NCBI RefSeq assembly: GCF_009914755.1
Contig: NC_060929.1
Source: the human T2T-CHM13v2.0 reference genome, Homo sapiens
Length of the DNA: 64,000 nt
Direction: 5' to 3' (one strand)
Each line of letters begins with the position of its first letter. The stretch's first letter is position 1. Position numbers and translations under genes: made by a program. The notes beneath the pieces are model-generated. The model saw only the letters and a list, made by a program, of their open reading frames with translations. It had not been told where the DNA came from and made no database searches. Shown here one piece after another: positions 42,043 through 54,600 of this stretch.

Positions 42043-42450
42043 CACAAATTATGTAGCTGATTCTTCTGACAGTCTTAGATCCTATTAGTCACACGGAAGA
42101 CAGGAGATATGGCCTTGAGTCCACGAAAAGTAAAGAGTTTGAATTGATAGTCTCGTGTATATCAACATCATTAGAAATCCACATTCTCTGTGAAATGGAG
42201 GACTATGAAGAAAATATATGGTAGCAAAGAACAATAGTAAGCAAAATCTTCTATCTCAGCCTGGGTTCTGTGTGGGAAACAATGAAATTTCCCTGAATTT
42301 TTTTTAAAAAGGAAAGGCATGCCCTCGTGTAGTTATTGGGTTTGAAATAATTTCTCTTTATTTATAGTCAAGGAAATCCTAAACCAAGATACTTATTCAA
42401 TGATGCCAGAGTGGTAAGGTATCATTTTCAAGTGATACCTTATTTGCTTA

Positions 42451-42941
42451 TGATGGTAGGTGAGGCATTCTGTAAGTCCATGGATGGTAGTTTTGGCAGA
42501 AGTATTGTATGCAGGAAATGCAAAGGGAAGGCAGATCTATATCCAGAGTAATGTCTATTCCAGTAAGAACAAAAATACTGCCCCTTTTATGATGGAAGAG
42601 GTTGAATAAAACCAGCCTGTCAGGTATCTGGCTGATTAGCCTGGGGACTGGTGCCATCTTGGGGGCTCCATGTTGGTCTCTGATGCTGGCAGTTTGGAAA
42701 ATCATCGATGGCATAACCAGGTTGACCTTGCTGAGTGAAAGTTTATGTTGCTCAGCTCGTGCATCCACTCCATTCCTGCCACCATGGCCACATTGTTCAT
42801 GAGCTTATTGGGCAATGGCAGGATTGGCTGGGGAAAGCCACCACCAGTTCTAAATCAACAGTATGAGTCATCCTATCCACTTGATTAGTAAAGTCTTCCT
42901 CTGCTGTGGTTACTCTTTGGTGAGCATTCACATGAGATACA
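42451..42941 (-). repeat. Displaced direct duplicate of ERVL integrase segment 40391-40873
   Basis: About 94% identical by manual count; near-identical ORFs in the track (40541-40741 and 42602-42802). Confidence 0.95.
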
Positions 42942-43050
42942 GGTGCCTAAAGGCACTTGAAAGAAGCAAATAAAATCCTTAACTCAGAACTGATAGGATT
43001 TCCATAGGGAAAACATAGACATTCAAATGTGAGTACATAATTCAAAATTA

Positions 43051-43338
<288 letters not shown>

Positions 43339-43423
43339 TTACAGTCAAAGGGGATTTGTTCTCTGGCGGGCAGGAGTGGGGGTTGCAAGGTGCTTGGTGG
43401 GGGAGCTTTTTGAGCCAAGATGA

Positions 43424-43759
43424 GCCAGGTGAGTTGAACAGTCCAATTTTCAGTGGGGTCCCGCACAGATGGGACATGGCTTAGGAGGAATCCCGGGCTG
43501 TGGGCATTCCTTGGCCTGGTGGCCAGATTTCTGGCCCTTGTAGCAGGCTCCTGGGGGAGGCAGGCTCCTGGGGGAGGCGGGCCTGGAGGAATGCCTGGCC
43601 ACGGCAGTTTGGGCGTTTGGAAGTTCTTGTGTGCTGGAGATGTGGCTGGGGTTTCTCTCACAGTGGAGGCAAGGAATTGCAACTCAGAAATATGTTGCTA
43701 CTTGGCTGCCTCTACTCTATTATTGTACACCTAGAAGGTGAGGTTAATTAAGTCCTGTT
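43424..43759 (-). pseudogene. gag: HERV-H gag C-terminal/nucleocapsid remnant
   Basis: QQDLINLTF, QFLASTVRETP, and decayed zinc knuckles CYKGQKSGHQAKEC and CPICAGPH*KLDC; 17-bp tandem duplication at 43544-43577. Confidence 0.85.
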
Positions 43760-43784
43760 GGTTCGAATCCGAGTCACAGCACCA
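43760..43784 (+). other. 25-nt copy of the tRNA-His 3' end including CCA (extended PBS); not a tRNA gene
   Basis: GGTTCGAATCCGAGTCACAGCACCA versus tRNA-His(GTG) GGTTCGAATCCGAGTCACGGCACCA; one mismatch, at a CpG. Confidence 0.9.
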
Positions 43785-46655
43785 AATTTCACTCGCGTCC
43801 TTGTGAAGAGACCACCAAACAGGCTTTGTGTGAGCAACACGGCTGTTTATTTCACCTGGTGCAGGCAGGCTGAGTCCAAAAAGAGAGTCAGCGAAGGGAG
43901 ATAAGGTTGGGGCCGTTTTGTAGGATTTGGGTAGATAAAGGAAAATTACAGTCAAAGGGGGTTTGTTCTCTGGCGAGCAGGAGTGGGGGTCGCAAGGTGC
44001 TCAGTGGGGGAGGTGTTTGAGCCAGGATGAGCTAGGAAAAGGACTTTCACAAGGTAATGTCATCACTTAAGGCAAGGACTGGCCATTTTCGCTTCTTTTG
44101 TGGTGGAATGTCATCAGTTAAGGCAGGAACCGGCCATCTGGATGTGTACAGGTCACAGGGGATATGATGGTTTAGCTTGGGCTCAGAGGCCTGACAGTGA
44201 GATCCTGTCTCTACTACAAAAAAAAAAAAAAAAAAAAATAGAGTGGTGTGGTGGTGTGCATCTGTAGTCCCAGCTACTCAGCAGGAAAATTTGAAATAAA
44301 ATGAAAAGAGAATGGTCGTTGGTCGGAGTAAAGTGAAGCTGGAAAAAATATTTTCTTGTTACTTACTATTTGTGTGATATTGTACAATTTGTTTCCTGAC
44401 CCTCAATTTTCTTAATCGATGTGTGAACAATAATATTTTTCTTCTAATTATTATGTAAGAATTTAATGAGACACATAATTTCTTCATGTAATATGCTCAT
44501 GTGACTCATAATTTGCTATATATATTTAATTCCCTTACCTTTCTCTTAAAATACAAGATAACATTCATTCATTCATTCTCTTAATAAGTAGAAGCACCTG
44601 CTAGGTTTTACTGCTTATACTAATTAAAACACCAAAATCTTTAAACCTGTTTTTTGTAAAGACCCCCAAAGAAAATAAAATATGTATATAAATGAGTTGT
44701 CCAATGCAGATCACATCATAATTAATATAATTCTGTCCACTAAATTATGTTCCTAAGAAGCTGTAGTTCGCAACCTAGCAATGAGATAATCTCTGAAGCA
44801 TTTTACTATGAATTAAGAAATAAAGGGGAGAATACATAGCAGAAAAAAGAACCACAGATATGGAGTTAAATCAGAAGGAGTCAGATTCTAATTCCATGCC
44901 AATTGGATAGACTTCCCCAGTCTTCGTTGAGTAGCTCTCCATATGTCTCCAATTTAAACCAGGCCACTCCCAACAGGAGCTCTACCTCAAAGAAGGCTGA
45001 GAAATGGCTGGATGTCAGCGTCCTCAGGGTACTTAAAATACATTTGCTCTGACAGGATCTTGAACACCTGCAGTTATTTCAAAGGAATTTTGATCCAACA
45101 ATAATTCACATAATTTATCATCTAGAGATGCCAAAGATTCTTTGAAAAACTATGCTGTAGTTAGCAAAAGAAAAAAAAAAGAAAAAAGTGATGGTGGGTG
45201 GCATTATTTTCACATAGGATGTTTTTACAGGCATCATTAAATTCTTGTTTTTTCTTTCCAGTCTTTGTTTCTCCGTAGTTGAAACATTGACTGTGGATGC
45301 ATTTTTGAACTTTATTGTGTGTTTACAGTGAACACATACAAAGGAGCTATTCTTTTCTTTCAAGGGACCTGGGCTTTCAGTTTTGTTTTCATCTCAGATG
45401 AGAGCATATCTGAGAATCTCACCTTAATAACATTTACAATTTTGAGAAATTCCATGATTTTTCTTTTAACATAATCACACTGAGATTTGAAAATATTTAA
45501 TGCATCTGAGAAGAATATGTTTAGTCAGAAAGAATAAGGGTTTGGATTCTTTACAGTTCCAGTTGTAAAATAAATGTCTTTCACCCAAATTTAGGGCTCT
45601 GGGCAAGCTGGGACAGAAAGGACAGCGTGTTGTGATTCCCTTTGTAAAACCAGTCAGATGTGCTCAAGGGGAAAAACTGGGGAGAAACTAGCAGTCTTGA
45701 CATTGTGGATTGTGGGGAACCAGGTTTGTTTGAGACAAGCTAGGGAACTATTGGATCCAGTTAGCATTCAGAGAGAGTAAGAGAATTGATGCTTCCATAG
45801 GTAGACAGATATAAAGTAAAGCTTATGAAACCAAATCTACAAAAAGGCTCCAGGTCATCATTAGCAGAAAAGTTAATTAGAAAACGTGCTTTGAAAGTTA
45901 ATTTCTTCAATAGTTACCTAACTTCTATCTTTGCTTTAAATAGAAACAACTTTATTAAATAGACAGAAGGCAGCTGTCTGCTGTCATAAAAAAACTTTTT
46001 AAAAACAAAAATTTATATATTGATTCCCCTGAGAGGTGTTTGGCTGCTACTCTCATAGCAGCACGTGACTGAGATAAGTCTACTATTGCTGTTCAGCTAG
46101 TCCTCAGTAGAAAACAATGAGCATAGGATTTCAGCTTTCAGGGTGAAGTCTATTTCCTGGAGAAATAGGGAAACCTCTACATTTTCCCCTTTCTCAGATT
46201 TTTCTTATTTAACAGAAATGATACTCCGTAAGAGCAGAATTGCCAAATATTAGTGTTCTTTGTAGCGGGTTAAATAATGAGTATTATTCTGACTCTACAT
46301 CCTGAAAAAACCTGATCTTTCATAGATTTGCATGAATCAATCAGGATTCAGAAAGGTTGGTTAAAAGACATAGGATACACAAAAATAAAATCCCATTTTC
46401 AGATTGGATCAACTTGCCATGGAAATTATTACCAACATCATTTTTGTGTAGCTCTTCCAAACCTCAATTTGGCTTTCTTGCTTGGAAACACATAATTGCA
46501 CAAACTATGCTCCCCAGAGACACTTTCCTGCACCTGAAAAAAAATCCAGTTATGCCCACAGACATGAACAAAAGAGCATGGATAGCCGAAATGAATCTCT
46601 CTTCCAAATGGGTAAAGGGACTCAGGCAGTGGCACATTGAGGTATTAAACATGTA

Positions 46656-46677
46656 CTTTTTTTTTTTTTTTTTTTTT
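46656..46677. repeat. Poly-T tract
   Basis: Homopolymer of about 22 T in otherwise unique sequence. Confidence 0.9.
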
Positions 46678-47304
46678 GCCACATTGATTGACCTACCAGA
46701 AAGCAGAATTGAAGAATGTTGTGGTTTTACTTGGGAGGTGGGTTCAAAAGCTTTTTGCTGCTAAATGGTATGGATAATTTGTATTTTATTTTATGATGAA
46801 AAATAGACTTATCCTGACTGAAACCTCTTAGCAAAAACCCTTTCCAACTTTTCAGCGAGGTTCTATTGAATCAAGTGCTTTAAGTTGATCTTCAGTTTCT
46901 GGCTTCAGAAAAAAATACCATGTCCATTCTGAAATGGAACAAAGTTTAAACACAGCTTTCTGGGTGGTTTGACACAATTCTAAACTAAAGACTTGTGCAC
47001 TCACAGCATGACCAAGATTACCTCCCCGCCTCCTGCTGTTTCTTTATGGTGGCCCTTGATTGCAAACCTGCTATTACAGCCTTCTGGAATCCTTAACCCT
47101 TTCAAAGTAGTTTTTTTCCTTCCTGTCTTTCTTAGTTCGCTCCATATTTTAGAGATGGGTCTTGCTGAATCATCTCAGAATTTGTGATTTTTGTAGACCT
47201 GTCACACCCTCTAGGCTTTCATGGTACAATGAAGTTCATTACATTTTAATTTTTAAGTCATATTTTTATTATGAAAGTCTGCCTCAGATTTTATGAGTGA
47301 AATG

Positions 47305-47548
47305 AATGTTGGTTCAGAGCATGGGATCTAGGGCCAAACAACACTACCTGGGTTCAAATCCATGCTTTCCTTGTTAGCTATAGTATGCTTTTTGGACTGT
47401 TTTGTCTTCTGTAATTAGTTTTTTCATATGTAAAAAGGTTCAAAACCAAAGCTACCTCAGAGAGTTGTGAAGAGTAAATAAGCCAATGCATGTAAAGTGC
47501 CTAGAACTGTGTGTGGCACATATGAGCTCCAGAAATGTTAGCTATTAC
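47305..47548 (+). mobile_element. Near full-length MIR
   Basis: cctgggttcaaatcc...tcatatgtaaaa...atgtaaagtgcctagaactgtgtgtggcacata...aaatgttagctatta. Confidence 0.8.
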
Positions 47549-48944
47549 TGACCAAAAGTAGAATGTGATGTTTCAGGTGTGGGAAAGAGTAAACTTTTCA
47601 AAATTTAAATGATTCTCAGGATCCTGTGAATGATTGATACAGACCATCTAGTCACATTGGTAAATGTCATTAAAGACCAAGATTCGAGGTATTTAAGTTT
47701 CTTTTTATGTAGAGTAGGAATAGATATTTTTTTATAAAGACTTAGAGGCAGCCAAACATACCTATCATATAAGAATCGACCATATAAAAGTATTGGGGGG
47801 GAAAAAACTATAACTAGTTATCGAATGTGTGTTTCCTCCTAGGACTGTGAAATCAATGATACTCTGAGATATGCAGGGATATAGCTCCCTGCTGCCCCAT
47901 AGTGGCAGTTGTTGTCAGTACAGTTTCCTCCCTGCAGGTCGTTAGTGGGGCTCCATGGAAATTCAACCAGTAGATTGCTAGGAAGGTAAATACAACCTAC
48001 TGTATTCTTATCAGTAAAGGCCAGTGGCAATAATAGATAAGAAGAAAAGAAACAAGATCCCACCCACATAAGAAAAGAAATGTAAGTATCAGAAAGAAGT
48101 ATCCTGTGAATTAATGTTGCCTGAGAAAAATGCCATTAATCCAAATGGCATGAACAGAGTGGCCCTAAATTGCTGTGAGCCTACATGAATTACTGCAGAT
48201 TGGCTCTTGAAAACCTGCTACTTTATTCTCACTGTCTGTTTGTCTATCTATCATCTAAATTATTTTTCAAGCAATACTACCCTTATAGTATGTAGGGGCA
48301 CTTTGAAAGCTAGTAATTTGGTGACACTTCAAGCCATTATATTTGAAAAACATTTTTTATTCTTTATTTAGAAAAGAGACTGAGCTTACAAAGGCAAGTC
48401 ATGATGCATGGCACTGAGGATCATAGCTACCTTAGCCACATCTCTGCCCTCCTGAGCAATTCAGCTCTGCCTCCAAACTTGCATTTCCTACTCAGCAAAG
48501 TGAAAGTTCTATGAGTAAGTCAATTCCCCATTCTTAGAAAGCAATTTGTGATCATTTACTGTTTATAGACAACATTACCTATCAATACCAAGCAGCTTAT
48601 CAAAGTGTTAACTCTGCACATATAGGTCTCTAATAAGGGTCCTGGTCGGTAGATACTTCCATATCTCACTGTAATTTCAGTCAGATTTTGGCAACTGCTA
48701 GTTGTTAGTGTCTTAGTTGCCTGTCTGTGCTTTCCCCAGGCTTCAAAACTTGGATTTTATCATCTGTCATGTTCCCACATCCAATATGTTGCCAGATTTG
48801 GTCCATCTGGTCTTGCAATATGACCTCCCACCATGCTTTTCTCTGCATTCCCCTGACACTGCCAAAACCCAAGCTCAATTACATCTCATCCAAATTTTGC
48901 CACAGCCTTAAACTTATCTCCCTCCCATCCTCTGTAAAGAAACA

Positions 48945-49140
48945 ATGTGGTAGATTGAAGATATTATATGTTTTGGAGTCAGAGAAACCTCAGTTTGAAT
49001 TCCAGTTTCACCACTTACTTTGCTGTGTGATCTTTGGCAATTGATCTTAATATGCATCTTAAAAAGGAGAAATAATAATCTCTTCAAAGAATCTAACACC
49101 CTGTTTGGCACAGTGTTGATACTTTAAAATGCCAGTTACC
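48945..49140 (+). mobile_element. MIR
   Basis: tttggagtcagag...ccacttactttgctgtgtgatctttggcaa. Confidence 0.7.
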
Positions 49141-49454
49141 ATTTTCCTTTCCCTTCTCTGTGGAAGATTCAAGGGCAGGCTAGAAGAAACCATCTCGTTG
49201 GTTACAGGTAATAAAATAGTGCATTTTAAATTACAGAGAATTTAAAGTTAACTGTGTAAATAACTGAAAGAACATTTGTTTGTTATTATATCCTGCACTT
49301 ATAACCCTAAATAATGTCAGTGATAAAATGCTTCTCTTCTAAAAAATCCTTTTTTGGTATATGTTCTAAAGAATAGCTGCTATTGTTGTTGAGTTTCAAC
49401 AGTAACATCAATTTATAGTAGCTTAAAATCAGCACATTTATGTTACCTACCTTT

Positions 49455-49823
49455 TGATAAGGTTTGGCTGTGTCCCCACCCAAATCTCATCTTGAATTGT
49501 AGCTCCCACAATTCCCATGTGTTGAGGGAGGTACCTAGTGAGAGGTAATTGAATCATGGGGGTGGGTCCTTCTCATACTGTTCTCGTGATGGTGAATAAG
49601 TCTCATGAGATCTGATGGCTTTATAATGGGGAGTTTCCCTGCACAAGTTCTCACTTTGCCTGATGCCATTCATGTAAGAGATGACTTGCTCCTCCTTACC
49701 TTCTGCCATGAACGTGAGGCCTCCCCAGCCATGTGGAACTGTGAGTCCATTAAAACTATTTCCTGTATAAATTACCCAGTCTCAGGTATGTCTTTATTAG
49801 CAACATGAAAACTGATGAATACA
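49455..49823 (+). mobile_element. THE1B-like solo LTR
   Basis: tgataaggtttggctgtgtccccacccaaatctc...gagtttccctgcacaag...gaataca; CTTT repeated on both flanks. Confidence 0.92.
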
Positions 49824-50689
49824 CTTTCAATAAACACTGTATTGTACATAGGCATTAATCCAGAGAACTTTCAGTTATACAGCTTACCCCTGACATACAG
49901 ATTCAGTCTTTGCCCACAGAGAACATACATAGCAGGTTGGAAGTATGCAAGCATGTTCCAGGCGTGATTCAAGTATTCCGATCTTGTAGTACTACCTATT
50001 CCTGCATTTAAACAGTTGATCTGAAATGAACAATTATAACTCAAGGTCTGTGAAGATAAAAAAGCAGAATTTGAATTAATTCCATTTCATGACCATTAAG
50101 AGTTATTTGCATTTAAATTTTCTGAAATTATTGTGAAATAGGATTTTTATGACTCTCTGCCAAACTTATGTCTGAGACTGTTTGAAACAACCTGTAGTAT
50201 ATTGGTTGCTTCAGATAAAATAAAATTTTGAAACTTAAAATTAACAAAACATGTTCTTTAGTCAACTTTGAATGAAGAGAGATTGATAAATATAGCTATA
50301 TTTGCTATGGAACAGGAATATGAAAAACTATTGATTTTGATAAAGTTGCAGAAATCAAGGCTTTTAACAGAAACTGTAATGTTAATATTCATTATTGTGT
50401 CAAATAAACATGCATGTATAAGATTTTTCTCTTTTTCCAAAAATATTTTAGACATTTACAAGTGTATACCATAATACATACTATATATTGCTCTCTTTTA
50501 CTGATTTTGTTTTTAATTTTTTTAGTGGTATAATTACATTGTAAAGTTTTAGAAAAGAAAATCTTAATGGTTCCATTTCTTTTCTAGCCATTGTCCTTAT
50601 TTATCTCATTTTATGTTTATTACTGAAAATAAGTTTGTTATAAAGAGGAGGTAGGTGTTAAAAAGTGATGCACTTTATGTGTCAAATAT

Positions 50690-51330
50690 AGCACCAACCC
50701 ATCTTAACTCCAGGCCTCTCTCTTCAATTCTTTTCAAATATTAATGTCACTTATTTTTCTTGAGGCACAAATCTGATCATGCCATTTGTCTGTCAAATAT
50801 TTTCTGGGGCATATTCTTTCATGCTGAAAGAAAGTTGCATGAAACTGCATTAGTGTGTGGCATTCATGGATTACCACCTCCTTGGGAATGCCATCTCCCC
50901 ATCTTCTTTTCCTGTGTCCATAACTACTTGCAAGTCCACAAACAGGCCCTTTCAGGCCCTGCCTCCCACCTGTGCATATTGTTAACCTCACCTGGAATGC
51001 CTGGGCATCTTCTTTCTTCGTCTTCTCTAATCTTGTACTGGACCAACATCAGATTTGGGCTATCCTTTCATAAAACCTCTCCTGATGCTCCCAGGGAAAA
51101 AAAAATCATGCTCCTTTCCTCAGAATTTTCAGAGCTCTTGGGTTATGGGAATTTTCTTTTTCCTCTAAATCCCTTCATCTCTTGTGGTGTTTGTACATTT
51201 CTATTATATTATAATAACTTATTTATATTTCTTTTTTTAAATTTCTCCTTGGGGTAAAAGCTCCTAAAAGGCAAACTTCGTATCTTATTTATCTGATTCA
51301 GAGAACCAACAAGGCTGCTTGAGTAGGCAT
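50690..51330 (+). mobile_element. L2 remnant
   Basis: cacaaatctgatcatgcca, cctggaatgcc, gtaaaagctcctaaaaggca. Confidence 0.5.
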
Positions 51331-51628
51331 GGTGCTTCTTCTGCTTCAGTTTGCCCTTGCTGGATCCCCTAAAACTCCTAGCTGAGTGATTCTCATTTAG
51401 CCTGGGACCTGAGAAAGCCCTGAAGTTTTGCATGCAACTGGGTGTTCACATGTGTAGCTGTCAGATGAGCTGGACTCAAAGGGATTTAATCAGCTGCCAT
51501 CCTTTCAAGCATGTCCAGTGGGCTAGTTTTTCTTGCCCTTGGATATAATTTTCGCAATTTTAATAAACTTTCTGATTCTTTTCAATCATAGCTACAATCT
51601 TATTTCAGAAACTGCAAAGTCCTCACAA

Positions 51629-52224
51629 TGTTGAATTTTACCTGAGTCTTGTGCTATTGGTAAACAGTGATGGTTAAGAAATTCTCCCACTGTTTTGTGT
51701 TCTGAAGTAGCTCTTTGGACATTACCACCCTGCCCCCTGTGACTTAGAGAAGACTCGATGACTCTTTGTTTACCTACGACACAGACTGCAAATTCTCATT
51801 CTTTGACTTAGAAATAATTCATTGAACTACTTGTCCCTACTGGTCAATCAGAACAAAATACTTATTAACCAAACTTTTGTTGAGTTTCCCTCTTTCCTCC
51901 AGGGCCCTGAGCTCCCCTCTCCCCAGCCTGAGCTACATACAAGGTCTCCTGAGAGTAGGCTGGCTTCAAGGCAAAACAATCTCTGATCATACCATTCTTT
52001 CATCCACTTGTCAACACCAGTTCTTTGTAGCCCTGTCCACTCCTCCCGATAGCAGATACACTCTTTGCCTAACCCTTGAGGTGCTTTCATGTCTTACTGT
52101 CAGAGTGTTCTCCCTACTGTAATCATCCCATGCCTCTATTGCAATAGTCCCTTTCCTTACCTTGCAATAATCCTTTGAAAGAAAGTCTCTCCTTACAAAG
52201 TCCAGATACGTTTTGTATTTGACA
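51629..52224 (+). mobile_element. ERV1-class solo LTR (MER67/MER31-like)
   Basis: TG...CA ends; tttacctgagtcttgtgc...gatggttaagaaat; ttgcaatagtc...aaagtctctccttac...atttgaca. Confidence 0.7.
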
Positions 52225-53601
52225 GTCCAGACCAGAGTAACAATAAAAACTGCAAACTCTTTGGTAATTTAGAACTTCCCTCTGCCCTAGCTTTGAATGG
52301 CTTTAAGTCTGGAAAGCCCATTGTCTTTTTTTCTCCTTGCTTTGCCAGCACTTCACAATTTACTGGCTAAGATTCTGATTCTTTCACACCTGGCTGGGGG
52401 AAAGGCGATTTGTGAAAGAGACTTTGGCAGGTATTGTTGAAATTTGGTACTGGTGGCTCACCAGGGCTTTTTCTTCTTGGTACATTTTTTGTGGGTTTCC
52501 AGGAACGTTCCACTTCTGGAAATATCCAATGTCACCTTCCCTCATACAGCCAGCCACCTCGGCCCCCAGGCCTTGGAAGTCCACCTTTTTGGGGGGTCAT
52601 TTTGCTCACTGACATCTTTCCTCACAGATAGTACTACTGGGCAGAGCCCTTTTAAAGGGAGCCTAGGCCAGTTTCCTCCTGTGGTGCCCTTTGGCTCAAA
52701 GGACTGCTCACCTATCTTGGCAGAGAAGCATCTTGTTCCCAATTCTGCCCTTTCTCTGCATTGCTGCTCCCAGCCACTCAGGGTCTTTGTATTTCTGTCA
52801 TGACATAGAGCCTATTTCCCTGTGTCTCCCAAGCAAGTACTCTGAGTGGATCCCCTGTAGCCCTACCACTTGGCTCCACTTCTTCCCTTCCCCACCTGAA
52901 GCAATGAAGAAAACACCTCAGCCCGAACTCCTCGCAGCATTCTCTCACCTTATGTTAATGTTCTTTTCCCCTGAACCTCTTGTATTACCTGCAGCTACAT
53001 GAAGCATAAAGAGTTAGGGTTAGTTTTTGCAAATCCTGCATAGGTAGTGTAGTACCTTAGTTCCGAACATGGAGGTATGTGGTACCTACCTTTGGGCCTT
53101 TGAACCTCTGCCAAAACTATGCAGGAAAACTCCCTTTTACATATGGTTATTTATTTATTTTTCTGAAGCAATTTGGTCAAAGGTGTCAACACATTCTTAA
53201 AAATGATCTCCAATCCAAAGAAGGTTAAAACCGATGGGTCACACTAGATGGCCTATCATACACCTTCACGTCTCCCCTGTTGTTCACTCAGCCTGGTCAG
53301 TGCTTATTCTTTCTTAATTTAATACATTTCTCTTCATCATTCGAGACCTGGTAATGGCACCCTTTCTTCTCTAAAGTCATTCCTTCCCCTGTCACTCCTC
53401 CGTCTTACAGAACAAATTCCTGCCTTCCATGTGCTACCAACCAATGTTACCCATACCTCTGCATGACATGTCACTTTTAGTTAATTCTTTAACTCAACAT
53501 ATACTGACTGAGTGCCCCAGATGTGCCAGGATCTGTGTCAAGCAATGAGGATGTGTGAGGTGGACATGGTCGCTGACCTCATGGAATGTTTTCTCCTCTC
53601 C

Positions 53602-53838
53602 TTGTTTGTTTATTGTTTTGAAGAGACAGAATCTTGCTCTGTTGCCCAGGGTGGAGTGCAGTGACACAATTATGGCTCACTGCAGGCTCTAACTCCTGGG
53701 CTCAAGTGGGAGCCTGGCTAATTTTCTTTATTATTATTATTTTTTTTTGTAGAGATGAGGGTCTCACTATGTTACGCAGGCTGGTGCCTCAGCCTCCCAA
53801 AATGCTGGGATTGCAGGTATGAGCCACTGTGCCCAACC
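53602..53838 (-). mobile_element. AluJ with two internal deletions
   Basis: ctcaagtg jumps to gcctggctaatt, and caggctggt jumps to gcctcagcctccc. Confidence 0.88.
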
Positions 53839-54284
53839 AACATTGTCTCTTCTGCTATATCAGGAATTCCTTGATGGGAGAGTTTTCTGTTTATTAATCT
53901 TTAATCCTTGCTATGTGGCTTATAGGAATGCTCAGTATATTTACTAAATAAATTAATTAATGGACTTACACACAAAGCCTTAAATATGTTGACTTTTGTG
54001 ACCCTGAATATAACAAGCTTGTTTAAACTGATCAGGCAAAAAAGATGATAAATGTCCCAGAAGAAAGAGGAAGTTTCACGTGATCTGAAAAAAGCTTGTG
54101 AAACTAACTTCACGTTGAAGACCCAGAGTTTCTGGCCTAGGAGCTGTTGTGGTTTTGGAATGATTGTTGAATGACCAACAATCATTCCAGAGAGATACAG
54201 TAGAAGGAGTCCTGCTACTACATTTTTGTCACATTCTTTAGCATTTAAAATGGTAGAGCGCTGTTGATAAATTTTGTGATACAA

Positions 54285-54600
54285 CATTCGCTCAACAAAT
54301 ATTTAGTGAGTACCTACGACATGGGAAAATGTGTACTTAGCAGTGGTGACAATCAAATCAATTATCTACCCTAGAAAAGCTTACAACCTGATGAGAAAAA
54401 AAAGAAGCAAAAAATGATATAATATAAAGCAAAATGTATATCAGATAAATATGTAAGTGATGATATGGGAAGTTCCAGTGGTGGAAAATAATCACATAGA
54501 TTATGGTTCTGGAGAAATAAACTTCCCAAAGATGATACCATTGGAGCTGAAACTTGGAAACTGTATAAACTGTGAAAAGCAGAGCTCTTCAGGCAGAAAA
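54285..54600 (-). mobile_element. L2 3' fragment
   Basis: cattcgctcaacaaatatttagtgagtacctac. Confidence 0.55.

Noticed and set aside
43424-43436. Splice donor CAG/GTGAGT explaining the HERV-H deletion
   Set aside because: It is antisense to the provirus, so splicing of viral RNA cannot produce this junction.
43760-43784. tRNA-His gene or Pol III B-box
   Set aside because: Only the 3' 25 nt are present, with CCA and adjoining the LTR. It is a primer copy with no A-box or cloverleaf.
46631-46690. Processed pseudogene tail at the poly-T tract
   Set aside because: No polyadenylation signal or properly placed TSD; the cacattga repeat does not abut the tract on the left.
52300-53000. Cluster of overlapping ORFs in a GC-richer patch
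   Set aside because: No recognisable protein motif. Probably an old LTR remnant, but I cannot assign a family.
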